Shown piece by piece: positions 41,492-51,367 of a stretch of 64,000 nucleotides of DNA (its first letter is position 1; the number at the start of each line of letters is the position of its first letter). A program made the position numbers and the translations under genes. Source of the DNA: a virus (Duplodnaviria > Caudoviricetes); the IMG/VR virus record IMGVR_UViG_3300046171_000271; one strand, 5' to 3'. The notes under the pieces are model-generated. The model saw only the letters and a program-made list of their open reading frames with translations. It was not told the DNA's origin and did not search any database.

Positions 41492-42409
41492 ATGGCTCAG
41501 TGGAATTCCGGTATCGGAACTTATTTAAAAGACAATAAGACTTTATTTGAAGTAATTGGTGTTGCTTCAAGCGATGGACAATACATATCAACAGATAATA
41601 GATTTCCAGTAGATGCAACATTTGCTGAGGGTGTTGAAGTTTCTATTGGTAATAGCATAACAGTAAATCAAGGAACTTCACCTTGGGTGATATCACCCAT
41701 ACCTCAAGTTTCTTTACCTCTAGGATACGGACAAATCCACAAGTTTGGTGCTGTTCCTGAAATGAGTCAGAACACTAACGGCACTATTTGGGATGAGAAC
41801 GATACCATTTATCCGTGGGATACAGTAGGAGCAGGAAGTACAATAGAAGTAAGAGTTGTAGAACCAAATAATGAAAATAGTACCAGTACAGATCTTGATG
41901 GAGATACTGTAGAGATTCAAGGACTTGATGTTAACTATAATGTTATCACAGAAACTGTAAATATATCTGGATTCTCGGGAATTACTACTAATACATTTTA
42001 TAGAGTGTATAGAGCAATCTATCAAAACACTACAGATGTTGCAAATAGTAAAAGAATCTTACTTAGAATGTCAACAACTACGGTGGGAAAAATATTAGAG
42101 AATGTGGGACAGACATTGATGGCTGTGTATACAATACCTGCAGGCAAAACCGGACATATAATGAGATTAGATGTAACTGCACAGGGAACAGCAACAGGCA
42201 GTTTTAAACTGTATGTTCGTGAAGGTGGTACAGGTAATTTTGGAGTGAAGCATATTGCAGAAGTAAATGGTGTTGGTGGGCCATATCAACTTACTTATCC
42301 AATCCCCCAATCATTCCCAGAAAAAACAGATATTGATGCAAGAATGCATACATTTTCAAATAATGGTAGATATACCTGCACTTTTGATATTTTACTTACG
42401 GATAATTAA
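41492..42409 (+). CDS. Hypothetical protein (probably virion-associated)
   Basis: 305-aa ORF in the late operon; MAQWN...TLFEV start; beta-rich composition. Confidence 0.75.
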   Translation: MAQWNSGIGTYLKDNKTLFEVIGVASSDGQYISTDNRFPVDATFAEGVEVSIGNSITVNQGTSPWVISPIPQVSLPLGYGQIHKFGAVPEMSQNTNGTIWDENDTIYPWDTVGAGSTIEVRVVEPNNENSTSTDLDGDTVEIQGLDVNYNVITETVNISGFSGITTNTFYRVYRAIYQNTTDVANSKRILLRMSTTTVGKILENVGQTLMAVYTIPAGKTGHIMRLDVTAQGTATGSFKLYVREGGTGNFGVKHIAEVNGVGGPYQLTYPIPQSFPEKTDIDARMHTFSNNGRYTCTFDILLTDN

Positions 42410-42414
42410 TTATT

Positions 42415-44076
42415 ATGCCTGATAATGTATATCTTGGTAATCCTAATTTAAAAAAAGCGAATACGCCGATTGAGTTTACTGAAGAACAAATCATTGAGTT
42501 TGTTCAATGTCAACGCGATCCGGTTTATTTTGCTAATAAGTATGTAAAGATTGTTAGTTTGGATGAAGGACTTGTATCATTCAAACCATATCGCTTTCAA
42601 GAAAAGTTAATCAACAACTTTCATGAGAATAGATTTAACATCTGCAAAATGCCGCGACAGACTGGCAAAAGTACTACAGTTGTCTCTTATCTTCTTCATT
42701 ATGCGATTTTCAATGACAGCGTTAACATTGGCATACTTGCTAACAAAGCAGCAACAGCTAGGGAACTTTTAGGCAGATTACAAACTGCATATGAGAATCT
42801 ACCTAAATGGATGCAGCAGGGTATAATGGTATGGAACAAAGGTTCTTTGGAGTTAGAGAATGGCAGTAAAATACTGGCAGCTTCTACGTCTGCAAGTGCT
42901 GTCCGAGGTATGTCGTTTAACATCCTCTTTCTCGACGAGTTCGCGTTTGTCCCAAATCACATTGCTGACTCGTTCTTTGCCTCTGTGTATCCTACTATTA
43001 CTTCTGGTAAAAACACCAAAGTAATTATTGTATCCACCCCTCATGGTATGAATCACTTCTACCGAATGTGGAGTGATGCTGAAAAAGGAAAGAATGAATA
43101 TATTCCAACTGATGTTCACTGGAGTGAAGTTCCAGGCAGAGATGATGCATGGAAAGAACAAACTATCGCAAACACATCAGAACAACAATTTAAGATTGAG
43201 TTTGAGTGTGAGTTCTTAGGATCGATTGATACACTGATTGCTGCAAGTAAATTAAAATCTTTAGTGTATGATAATCCTTTAAAATCAAATGCAGGATTGG
43301 ATGTATATGAAGAACCACAAAAAAATCATGATTATTTAATTACAGTTGATGTAGCAAGAGGTGTGGGTGAAGATTATTCTGCATTTATTTGTGCTGATAT
43401 TACATCTTTCCCACATAAAATTGTTGCAAAGTATAAAAATAATGATATCAAACCGATGTTATTCCCTAACATCATATATGAAGTAGCAAAGAATTATAAT
43501 AGTGCATATATTCTTTGTGAAGTAAATGATGTAGGTGATCAAGTAGCATCACTTCTTCATTATGATTTAGAATATCAAAATGTTCTTATGTGCTCCATGA
43601 GAGGTAGAGCAGGACAAGTCGTCGGACAAGGTTTTTCTGGTAAGAAGACTCAATTAGGCGTAAAAATGTCCAAGACTGTTAAGAAGGTTGGGGCACTGAA
43701 CCTTAAGACAATGATTGAAGAAAATAAACTTCTTTTCAATGATTTAGATATTATATCAGAACTTACAACATTTATTTCAAAAAATAATTCATTTGAAGCA
43801 GAAGATGGTTGTCATGATGACTTAGGCAATGTGTCTTGTCATCTATGCTTGGTTAGTCGCTCAGGATTATTTTAAAGAACTAACCGATCAAGATATTAGA
43901 AAGAGACTTTACGAGGAGCAAAAAAATCAAATTGAGCAAGACATGGCACCCTTTCGGATTCATGGATGATGGACTTGGTGAAGGATAGTTTTACAGATGA
44001 TGATGGCGAAAGATGGTTTAATACATCAGAGTATGGTGAAACCGCTGGCGGTATGGATTATATGTGGAAATATTAA
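42415..44076 (+). CDS. gp17: Terminase large subunit gp17; indels near 43825, 43950 and 43982
   Basis: MPDNVYLGNPNLK, Walker A PRQTGKST, LFLDEFAFVP, IIVSTPHG, DVARG nuclease motif; HDDL/AMCLVIYAWL resumes after the shift and ends MDYMWKY at 44076. Confidence 0.95.
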
Positions 44077-44306
44077 TGGATTTAGATAAGCAGATAAAAT
44101 TAGGGCATCTGCTTCTAAATGATAGAAGATGTAGAGTATGTGGCGAAACTAAAAATCTAATTGAAGGTTTTTATAGGACAAGAAAAGATAGAGGTGCAGT
44201 TGCATCATCATATTCTTATGAATGTAAAGATTGTACTATCAAGAGGATACTTGATAAAAAGAAAAAACAAACACCATTCGTTGATTGGAATTATCCAGAT
44301 TGGTAA
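44076..44306 (+). CDS. Small Zn-ribbon protein (CxxC...CxxC)
   Basis: RRCRVCGETKNLIEGFYRTRKDR...SYECKDC; ATG overlaps the gp17 stop. Confidence 0.75.
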   Translation: MDLDKQIKLGHLLLNDRRCRVCGETKNLIEGFYRTRKDRGAVASSYSYECKDCTIKRILDKKKKQTPFVDWNYPDW

Positions 44307-44345
44307 TTTCACGTCTTGTTTCCCCGCTGAAAATAGTTAAAATTC

Positions 44346-44351
44346 TAAATA
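44346..44351 (+). promoter_or_regulatory. Late promoter (gp18)
   Basis: CTAAATA, intergenic. Confidence 0.75.
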
Positions 44352-44383
44352 TTCTTAGATAAACTGAGACAACGGAGAAAAAC

Positions 44384-46585
44384 ATGGCGACTCCTCAATT
44401 ATCTCCTGGGATACTTGTAAGGGAGGTTGATGTAACTGTAGGAAGAGCTGATAATGTTCTTCAGAATAGCGGCGCAATTGCCGGGCCCTTTAGTCTAGGC
44501 CCTGTTTCTGAAGCGATTGATATTACTACAGAAGCAGAACTAATCGAAGTATTTGGACAACCTATCTCAACAGATAGACATTATGAATACTGGATGAGTG
44601 CTTCATCTTTCCTCTCATATGGCGGAGTATTAAAAGTAGTTAGAGTTGATGGTTCTAACCTCAACAATGCAAACGCTGGAGTAGGAATTGCTTCCACGTC
44701 TCTGAAGATTAAAAACTTCGATGACTATAATTTAAATTACGAATCAGCAACTAATTACTACTACGCAGCTAAGAATCCTGGAACCTACTTAAATGGATTA
44801 AAAGTTGCTACGATTGATGATTTTGGTGATCAAGTTATTGGCATTTCAACTATCAACCCCGGATTATCAAACATTAAAGTTGGATTCGGTGTTACAATGG
44901 CACTTTCGGGTACAGAAGCAGGATTAGGAACTACTAAATCTGTTGACGGATTCCTGAAGGGAATTATTACTGGTGTTACAACAGATTCAGTCAATGGATC
45001 TAGTAGCATTGTTGTGAAGGTTGTATCTAGAGTATCTGGAGCAGGAACCGAAACTGCTATTGATTATGTACAGTCAGATCCTCTGAAATCTTTCCAAAGT
45101 GGTGCAACAATTATTCCTGTAAACAACGCAGGTATTAACACCGGTAAGGGAATTAACGTATTTGCAGGTGCTGCAGGAACTGTCACAGACTGGTATGATG
45201 GACAGACATTAGGACTTTCTAATTCAACTATTTTCTGGAAAGAAATTGCTCCCAAACCTGTTTCCAGCAAATTCGTCACCGATAGAAATGGTAAGGGTGA
45301 TGGAATGCACGTTGTTGTTATAGACGATACAGGTTCTGTAACTGGCATTAAAGGAAATATTCTTGAAAAGAATACTTTCTTATCTAAAGCATCTGATACA
45401 GTTTCTGCTCTTGCATCACCTGAGAGGACTTATTACAAAGATTACTTAGCATTAGGATCTAAGTACATCTATGGTGGTGGCAATGTTTCCGCTGCTACTG
45501 ATGGGTTCCACGGAACAACTCCAGTTGCAGTTGGTTTCTCAACAACGTTTACTCCTTTTACAACCGGACAAGGATTGTTTGGACAAGAAGCTCAGGATGT
45601 AACCTTTAGTGCTATTGGTAACAAGACATATACTCTTTCCAACGGTAAGGACTACGGTGGAGTAGATGATAAAGGAATGTCCGCATCACTAGGTGATGTT
45701 GTTAGTGGTTATGATCTTTTCTCTAATAAAGACGAGATTGATGTTGACTTCCTCCTCATGGGCCCTGGATGTACAACCGAAGCAGAATCTCAAGCAAAGG
45801 CAAATAAATTAATTGCTGTTGCAAATGAAAGAAAAGATTGTATTGCTTGTATTTCTCCACACAGAAACAACGTAGTTGATGTTGCTTCTACAACTGATCA
45901 GACTAATAACGTTGTTAAATTCTTCAGCGCACTTAGTTCTTCTTCATTCGCCGTATTTGATAGTGGATATAAGTACACTTATGATAGATTTAACAATTCA
46001 TTCCGTTACATCCCAACTAATGCCGATGTTGCAGGATTGATGGTAAGAACTGAAATTGAACAATTCCCATGGTATTCACCAGCAGGACAAGTAAGAGGTG
46101 TTCTTAATAATGCAATTAAACTTGCATATAATCCAAATAAATCACAAAGAGATTCTTTGTATGAAGCAAGAGTAAACTCTATTATTACATTATCTGGTGC
46201 TGGAACTGTACTTTATGGTGATAGAACTGGACAAGGTTTTGCATCTGCATTTGATAGAATTAATGTTCGTCGCCTTTTCCTCACAGTAGAAAAAGCATTA
46301 GAGGGACTTGCTAATGATACACTCTTTGAATTCAATGATGAGATCACTAGATCTACATTTGTAAATGCCGTAGAACCTTATCTTCGCGATGTTCAAGCAA
46401 AGAGAGGATTGTATGACTTCCGTGTTATCTGCGATTCATCTAACAACACTCCAGACATTGTTGATAATAATGAATTTAGAGCAGATATCTTCCTAAAACC
46501 CTCAAAAGTTATTAACTATGTTACTTTGACGTTCGTTGCAACACGAACTGGGGTTGCTTTTGAAGAAGTTACTGGCAGAGTTTAA
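44384..46585 (+). CDS. gp18: Tail sheath protein gp18
   Basis: LSPGILVREVD, FLSYGG, AAKNPG, WYSPAG, RINVRRLF and FVATRTGVAFEEV motifs. Confidence 0.96.
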   Translation: MATPQLSPGILVREVDVTVGRADNVLQNSGAIAGPFSLGPVSEAIDITTEAELIEVFGQPISTDRHYEYWMSASSFLSYGGVLKVVRVDGSNLNNANAGVGIASTSLKIKNFDDYNLNYESATNYYYAAKNPGTYLNGLKVATIDDFGDQVIGISTINPGLSNIKVGFGVTMALSGTEAGLGTTKSVDGFLKGIITGVTTDSVNGSSSIVVKVVSRVSGAGTETAIDYVQSDPLKSFQSGATIIPVNNAGINTGKGINVFAGAAGTVTDWYDGQTLGLSNSTIFWKEIAPKPVSSKFVTDRNGKGDGMHVVVIDDTGSVTGIKGNILEKNTFLSKASDTVSALASPERTYYKDYLALGSKYIYGGGNVSAATDGFHGTTPVAVGFSTTFTPFTTGQGLFGQEAQDVTFSAIGNKTYTLSNGKDYGGVDDKGMSASLGDVVSGYDLFSNKDEIDVDFLLMGPGCTTEAESQAKANKLIAVANERKDCIACISPHRNNVVDVASTTDQTNNVVKFFSALSSSSFAVFDSGYKYTYDRFNNSFRYIPTNADVAGLMVRTEIEQFPWYSPAGQVRGVLNNAIKLAYNPNKSQRDSLYEARVNSIITLSGAGTVLYGDRTGQGFASAFDRINVRRLFLTVEKALEGLANDTLFEFNDEITRSTFVNAVEPYLRDVQAKRGLYDFRVICDSSNNTPDIVDNNEFRADIFLKPSKVINYVTLTFVATRTGVAFEEVTGRV

Positions 46586-46618
46586 TTTTATAAACAATAA
46601 TCACGGAGGAACCAACTA

Positions 46619-47284
46619 ATGGCAAACTTAAGAACAATCACTACGTTTAAATCCGCCCTCAAAGGGGGCGGTGCTCGTCCTAATTTATTTGAAGTCAACA
46701 TGAATTGGCCATCTGGCCAAAACATGGGTGCATGGCAAGACGCTGTAGAAGAGGAATTTCAATTCCTTTGTAAGGCAGCTGCATTACCTTCTTCAAATAT
46801 AACACCCATTGAAATTCCTTTTAGAGGAAGAACTCTCAAAGTTGCTGGAGACAGAACATTTGATACGTGGACAATTACTGTTATCAATGACGAAAACTTT
46901 AGAATTAGAACAAGGTTTGAAGCATGGATGAACGGTATTAGTAAATTGACTGATGCGTCTGGTGCCACCTCACCAAATTCCTACATGGCTAATGCTATAG
47001 TGAATCAACTAGGAAGAGGATACGATAAAGGAAGACATGCAACAAGTTCTTCCGGTAAAAAAGCTGAAAGTGGATCTGAGGGCAAAGACAGTATAACTCC
47101 ATTGAGAACGTATAAGTTTCATGATATCTTCCCAACTGAAGTATCTGAAATTGCACTTTCTTATGATTCTACAGATACTATTGAAGAATATACTGTAACC
47201 TTCCAGGTTCAATATTTTACAATAGGTAGTTCTAATGATACTGGTGCAAGAACAGATCAAGCTGACAAGGATGTTCTTAGATAA
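46619..47284 (+). CDS. gp19: Tail tube protein gp19
   Basis: GGGARPNLFEV, FRGRTLKVAGDRTFDTWTITVIND, IEEYTVTFQVQY. Confidence 0.95.
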   Translation: MANLRTITTFKSALKGGGARPNLFEVNMNWPSGQNMGAWQDAVEEEFQFLCKAAALPSSNITPIEIPFRGRTLKVAGDRTFDTWTITVINDENFRIRTRFEAWMNGISKLTDASGATSPNSYMANAIVNQLGRGYDKGRHATSSSGKKAESGSEGKDSITPLRTYKFHDIFPTEVSEIALSYDSTDTIEEYTVTFQVQYFTIGSSNDTGARTDQADKDVLR

Positions 47285-47287
47285 ATA
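47282..47287 (+). promoter_or_regulatory. Late promoter (gp20)
   Basis: ATAAATA. Confidence 0.72.
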
Positions 47288-47313
47288 GTCGAATAAAGGA
47301 CTATTAATAAATC

Positions 47314-48993
47314 ATGTCAAAGTTATTTGGGTTCTCAATTGAGGACACCGAAAAAACTCCACCTAGTGTGGTTTCCCCCGTCCCTCCTAATAACGAGGAC
47401 GGGGTAGATCACTATTTAACTAGTGGATTTTTTGGGCAATATGTCGATATTGAAGGAGTATATAAGACAGAGTTTGATTTAATCAAGCGTTATCGTGAAA
47501 TGGCACTTCATCCTGAATGTGATAGTGCCATTGAAGATGTTGTTAATGAAGCAATTGTTGCTGATACGAATGATTCTCCTGTTGAAATTGAACTTTCTAA
47601 TTTAAATGCCAGTGATGGTATTAAGAAAAAGATTAGAGATGAGTTTAAATATATACTTGGTTTATTAGATTTTGATAAAAAAGCACACGAAATCTATAGG
47701 AATTGGTATATTGACGGACGACTTTACTACCATAAAGTCATTGATATGAAGAACCCTCATGAGGGTATTCAAGAATTACGTTATATTGACGCAATGAAAA
47801 TGCGTTATGTGCGTCAACAAAAGAAAAAAGATGCCAATAATATTCGTTTAGCAGGTATCAATAAAGGTTCTGACAATCCGATGGAATATGAATTTCCAGA
47901 GATTGAAGAGTATTTCGTATATAATCCGAAAAGTACATATCCTTCTGCAAGTCCTGGATCTGCACAAGGTGGACAATCTGGAATTAAATTTTCAAAAGAT
48001 TCAATCACATATTGTTCATCAGGACTTGTAGATCGTAACAAAGGATCAACTCTTTCGTACCTCCACAAAGCAATCAAATCTCTCAATCAATTAAGAATGA
48101 TTGAGGACTCTTTAGTAATTTACAGATTATCTCGTGCCCCAGAGCGTAGAATTTTCTATATTGATGTAGGAAATCTTCCTAAAGTAAAAGCAGAACAATA
48201 TCTGCGCGATGTCATGAATAGATATCGCAATAAACTTGTATATAATGCACAAACAGGTGAGATTCGTGATGACAAAAAATTCATGTCAATGCTTGAAGAT
48301 TTCTGGCTTCCCAGGCGTGAGGGCGGAAGAGGAACCGAAATCTCCACTTTGCCTGGCGGACAAAACTTGGGCGAAATCACTGATATTGAATATTTTAAAA
48401 AGAAACTCTACCGTTCACTTAACGTCCCTCCATCACGAATGGATGGCGAAGGTGGGTTTAACTTGGGGAGATCTTCTGAGATCCTGAGAGATGAACTGAA
48501 GTTTACTAAGTTTGTTAGCAGATTGAGAAAGAGATTCTCAAATATGTTCAATGATATGCTTGAAGACTCAACTTATTCTGAAGAATATCATTACTCCAGA
48601 AGACTGGGATAGAATGAGTGAGCATATTCAATATGATTTTCTTTATGATAATCATTTCTCAGAACTGAAAGATGCAGAACTGATGAATGAGAGATTGGCT
48701 CTTGCTCAAGTTGCAGAACCATATGTTGGCAAGTACTACTCTCAGGATTATGTTCGCCGCAAGATTCTTCGTCAGACTGATGAAGAAATTCTTGAGCAGA
48801 TAGACTAATTGAGAAAGAAATTGCTGATGGAACTATTCTCGATCCTAGCATTCCTGTAGATCCAGAAACGGGTCAACCATTAGATCAGTCAGGTGCTGGA
48901 ATGGATCTCGGAGCTCCAGTGATGGAACCAGATTTAGAAAAAGATTCAAATGCTACCAAGGCTCCAGAAATGCCTCAAGGTGGTGAAATATAA
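47314..48993 (+). CDS. gp20: Portal protein gp20; indels near 48561 and 48800
   Basis: YREMALHPECD, WYIDGR, IYRLSRAPERRIFYIDVGNLPK, EDFWLPRREGGRGTEI; continues KTQLILKNII and ends PQGGEI at 48993. Confidence 0.95.
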
Positions 48994-48996
48994 ATA
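48991..48996 (+). promoter_or_regulatory. Late promoter (49021 gene)
   Basis: TATAAATA overlapping the gp20 stop. Confidence 0.72.
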
Positions 48997-49020
48997 TATT
49001 CGATAAACACTTAAATTATC

Positions 49021-49197
49021 ATGGAAGAACTTTTAGATTTAATTGCATCTGATGAATCACCATCAGAAGTTAGCGACAAGATTAAAGAAATTTTATACGC
49101 AAAATCGGCAGAAAAAGTAGATGCTTTTAGACCAAAAGCAGCACAATCTACTTTTTTTGGCCAAGAAACCCCAGAAACAGAAGGTTCTGAGGATTGA
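49021..49197 (+). CDS. Small acidic prohead-core-associated protein
   Basis: 58-aa ORF read manually (MEELLDLIASDESPSEVSDKIKEILYAKSAEKV...), with a late promoter at 48991, between gp20 and gp21. Confidence 0.7.
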   Translation: MEELLDLIASDESPSEVSDKIKEILYAKSAEKVDAFRPKAAQSTFFGQETPETEGSED

Positions 49198-49201
49198 TTA
49201 G

Positions 49202-49209
49202 TATAAATA
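49202..49209 (+). promoter_or_regulatory. Late promoter (49234 gene and gp21)
   Basis: Full T4 consensus TATAAATA. Confidence 0.8.
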
Positions 49210-49233
49210 ATTGATAAAGTAATTTACTTAATT

Positions 49234-49503
49234 ATGGCTGCTACACGTATCTTGCCATTGGCAGAAAAAGTATCACTAACTGCAGGTTCTAGTAATGCCA
49301 CAACTGTTTCTAACGCAACAGTTGTAAGAGTATTAGCTTCTTCTGGACCTGTTGTTGTTGTCAGAACAGATTCTAGCAATTCTATAATCGGTTCTTTTAC
49401 GATGTTGGCTAATACTTCAGAGTTGGTTGAAAAATATCCAACCGATAAATTATATGTTACTGGTGGTAACGCAGAAGTCGCAAAAGTAGGTTTTACAGGA
49501 TAA
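49234..49503 (+). CDS. Hypothetical protein
   Basis: 89-aa ORF after a TATAAATA promoter, just upstream of gp21. Confidence 0.75.
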   Translation: MAATRILPLAEKVSLTAGSSNATTVSNATVVRVLASSGPVVVVRTDSSNSIIGSFTMLANTSELVEKYPTDKLYVTGGNAEVAKVGFTG

Positions 49504-49507
49504 AAAC

Positions 49508-50158
49508 ATGAAACTAATCAGAGAAGAAGTAGAATCAGTTAAGTTTCTTGTCGAACAAAAGAACGGCAAGAAGTCTTTGTATATTGAAGGAGTTTTTCTC
49601 CAAGGAGACATCAAAAACCGCAATGGTCGTATGTACCCTATGGAGACTCTTCGTAAAGAAGTTGCTCGTTATAATGAGTCAAACATTCAATCTGGTAGAG
49701 CACTTGGTGAACTGGGACATCCTGATGGTCCAACAGTAAACCTCGATCGTGTTTCTCATAAGATTGTTTCTTTGAGGGAAAGTGGATCTAATTTCATCGG
49801 AAAGGCTAAGATTCTTAGCACACCCATGGGTAAGATTGCATCTTCTTTAATTGACGAAGGAGTAAAACTCGGCGTTTCTTCTCGTGGCATTGGATCTCTC
49901 CAAATGAATAAAGAGGGATGCAATATCGTAGGTAACGATTTCATGCTAGCAACAGCTGCTGATATCGTTGCTGATCCTTCTGCCCCAGATGCTTTTGTTG
50001 AAGGGATTATGGAAGGAAAAGAGTGGATCTGGGATGGAGGAATTCTTCGCGAAAAACTCGCTGAACAGACCCAAAGAAAGATTAATACTCTAGTCGATCA
50101 AAAACGACTGGAGGAACACAAGTTAAGTCTGTTTAACGACTTCTTGTCAAATCTTTAA
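49508..50158 (+). CDS. gp21: Prohead protease gp21
   Basis: YIEGVFLQ...NRNGRMY, ALGELGHP, LGVSSRGIGS, DIVADPSAPDAFV. Confidence 0.96.
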   Translation: MKLIREEVESVKFLVEQKNGKKSLYIEGVFLQGDIKNRNGRMYPMETLRKEVARYNESNIQSGRALGELGHPDGPTVNLDRVSHKIVSLRESGSNFIGKAKILSTPMGKIASSLIDEGVKLGVSSRGIGSLQMNKEGCNIVGNDFMLATAADIVADPSAPDAFVEGIMEGKEWIWDGGILREKLAEQTQRKINTLVDQKRLEEHKLSLFNDFLSNL

Positions 50159-50163
50159 AATAC

Positions 50164-50169
50164 TAAATA
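50164..50169 (+). promoter_or_regulatory. Late promoter (gp22-gp23)
   Basis: CTAAATAAATA. Confidence 0.78.
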
Positions 50170-50216
50170 AATACATATAGTACCTATTATTACTAAGTAA
50201 AATCGGAGAGTCTCAA

Positions 50217-51324
50217 ATGTCTAGTGACAATAACTTACAGGAAATGGAAGCGGGCACAACTCAATCCAAAACTGCTGTAAATGCTGGAGCGAAACCTGCT
50301 GATCCTATGCCAACAATGGCAGATCCAGGAACTCAGTTGGGTTCTGTAGAAGATCTTGGCGGTCCTACACCCCAAAATTACAAGCCCGATGACGATTCTG
50401 CAAAGTTAAAAGAGCCTTCACTGAAGACTGTTTCTAACGTTGTAAACGCTAAAGCAGGTAAAGCCTGATCCTATGCCAAAGGGCATGAAGGAAGAGGAAG
50501 AAGTGGAAGCAGAAGAAGTTGTCGCAGAAGCAGAAGGATCAACCGAAGAGGTTGTTTCCGAAGAAGAAAAAACAACTACTGAAGAAGTAGTTGACGAGTA
50601 TAATATGGAAGAAGATGTCAATGCTCTTCTTGCCGGTGAAGAACTCTCCGAAGAATTCCAAGAGAAGGCAAGAACAATCTTTGAGGCAGCAATCAATTCT
50701 AAGGTTGCTGGCATCAAAGAAGAACTGGAGCAGCAGTATGCTGTTGCGTTCGAAGAAGAAATGAAGGAAGTCAAAGAGTCACTCGCAGAGCGAGTTGATT
50801 CTTACCTTGAGTACGTTGCTGATGAGTGGTTCAATGAAAACGCTCTCACAATCGAAAAAGGACTTCAATCCGAAATGACTGAGAGCTTCCTCTCAGGCAT
50901 GAAGGAACTTTTTGAAGCACATTATGTAACCATCCCTGAAGATAAATATGATGCTTTCGTCGGTATGACAAACAAACTTGATGAAATGGAGACAAAACTC
51001 AACGAGCAACTTGAGAAAAATATTTCACTGAACAAGCGTCTCTCCGAGGCCAATGCTAGTGGTATCTTAGATCAAATCTCTGAAGGTCTTGCACAGACCC
51101 AGAAAGAGAAGCTCGCCTCACTTGCCGAAAGTGTAGAGTTTGAAAGTGAAGCACAATATCGTGAAAAACTGGAAACACTCAAGGAGTCATATTTCAGCTC
51201 CAAGAAAGAGTCTTCCGTTGCTAAGACTGAATCAATCTCAGAGGGTGTAGATTCATCACCAGCGTCAATCACTGGTTCAATGGATCAATATCTGAAGATG
51301 ATGAATTCATTCAAGCATTCCTGA
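50217..51324 (+). CDS. gp22: Prohead core scaffold gp22; +1 indel near 50464
   Basis: AKAGK/ADPMPKG across the indel; FQEKARTIFEAA and RVDSYLEYVADEW; acidic coiled coil. Confidence 0.93.
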
Positions 51325-51367
51325 ATTTAACATTAAATCAAACGTAAACTATTTAAAGGTAAACCAA

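Noticed and set aside
1200-50470. Programmed frameshifting or pseudogenisation of gp7, gp15, gp17, gp20 and gp22
   Set aside because: Too many shifts in essential genes, with no common slippery site or downstream structure; sequencing error is more parsimonious
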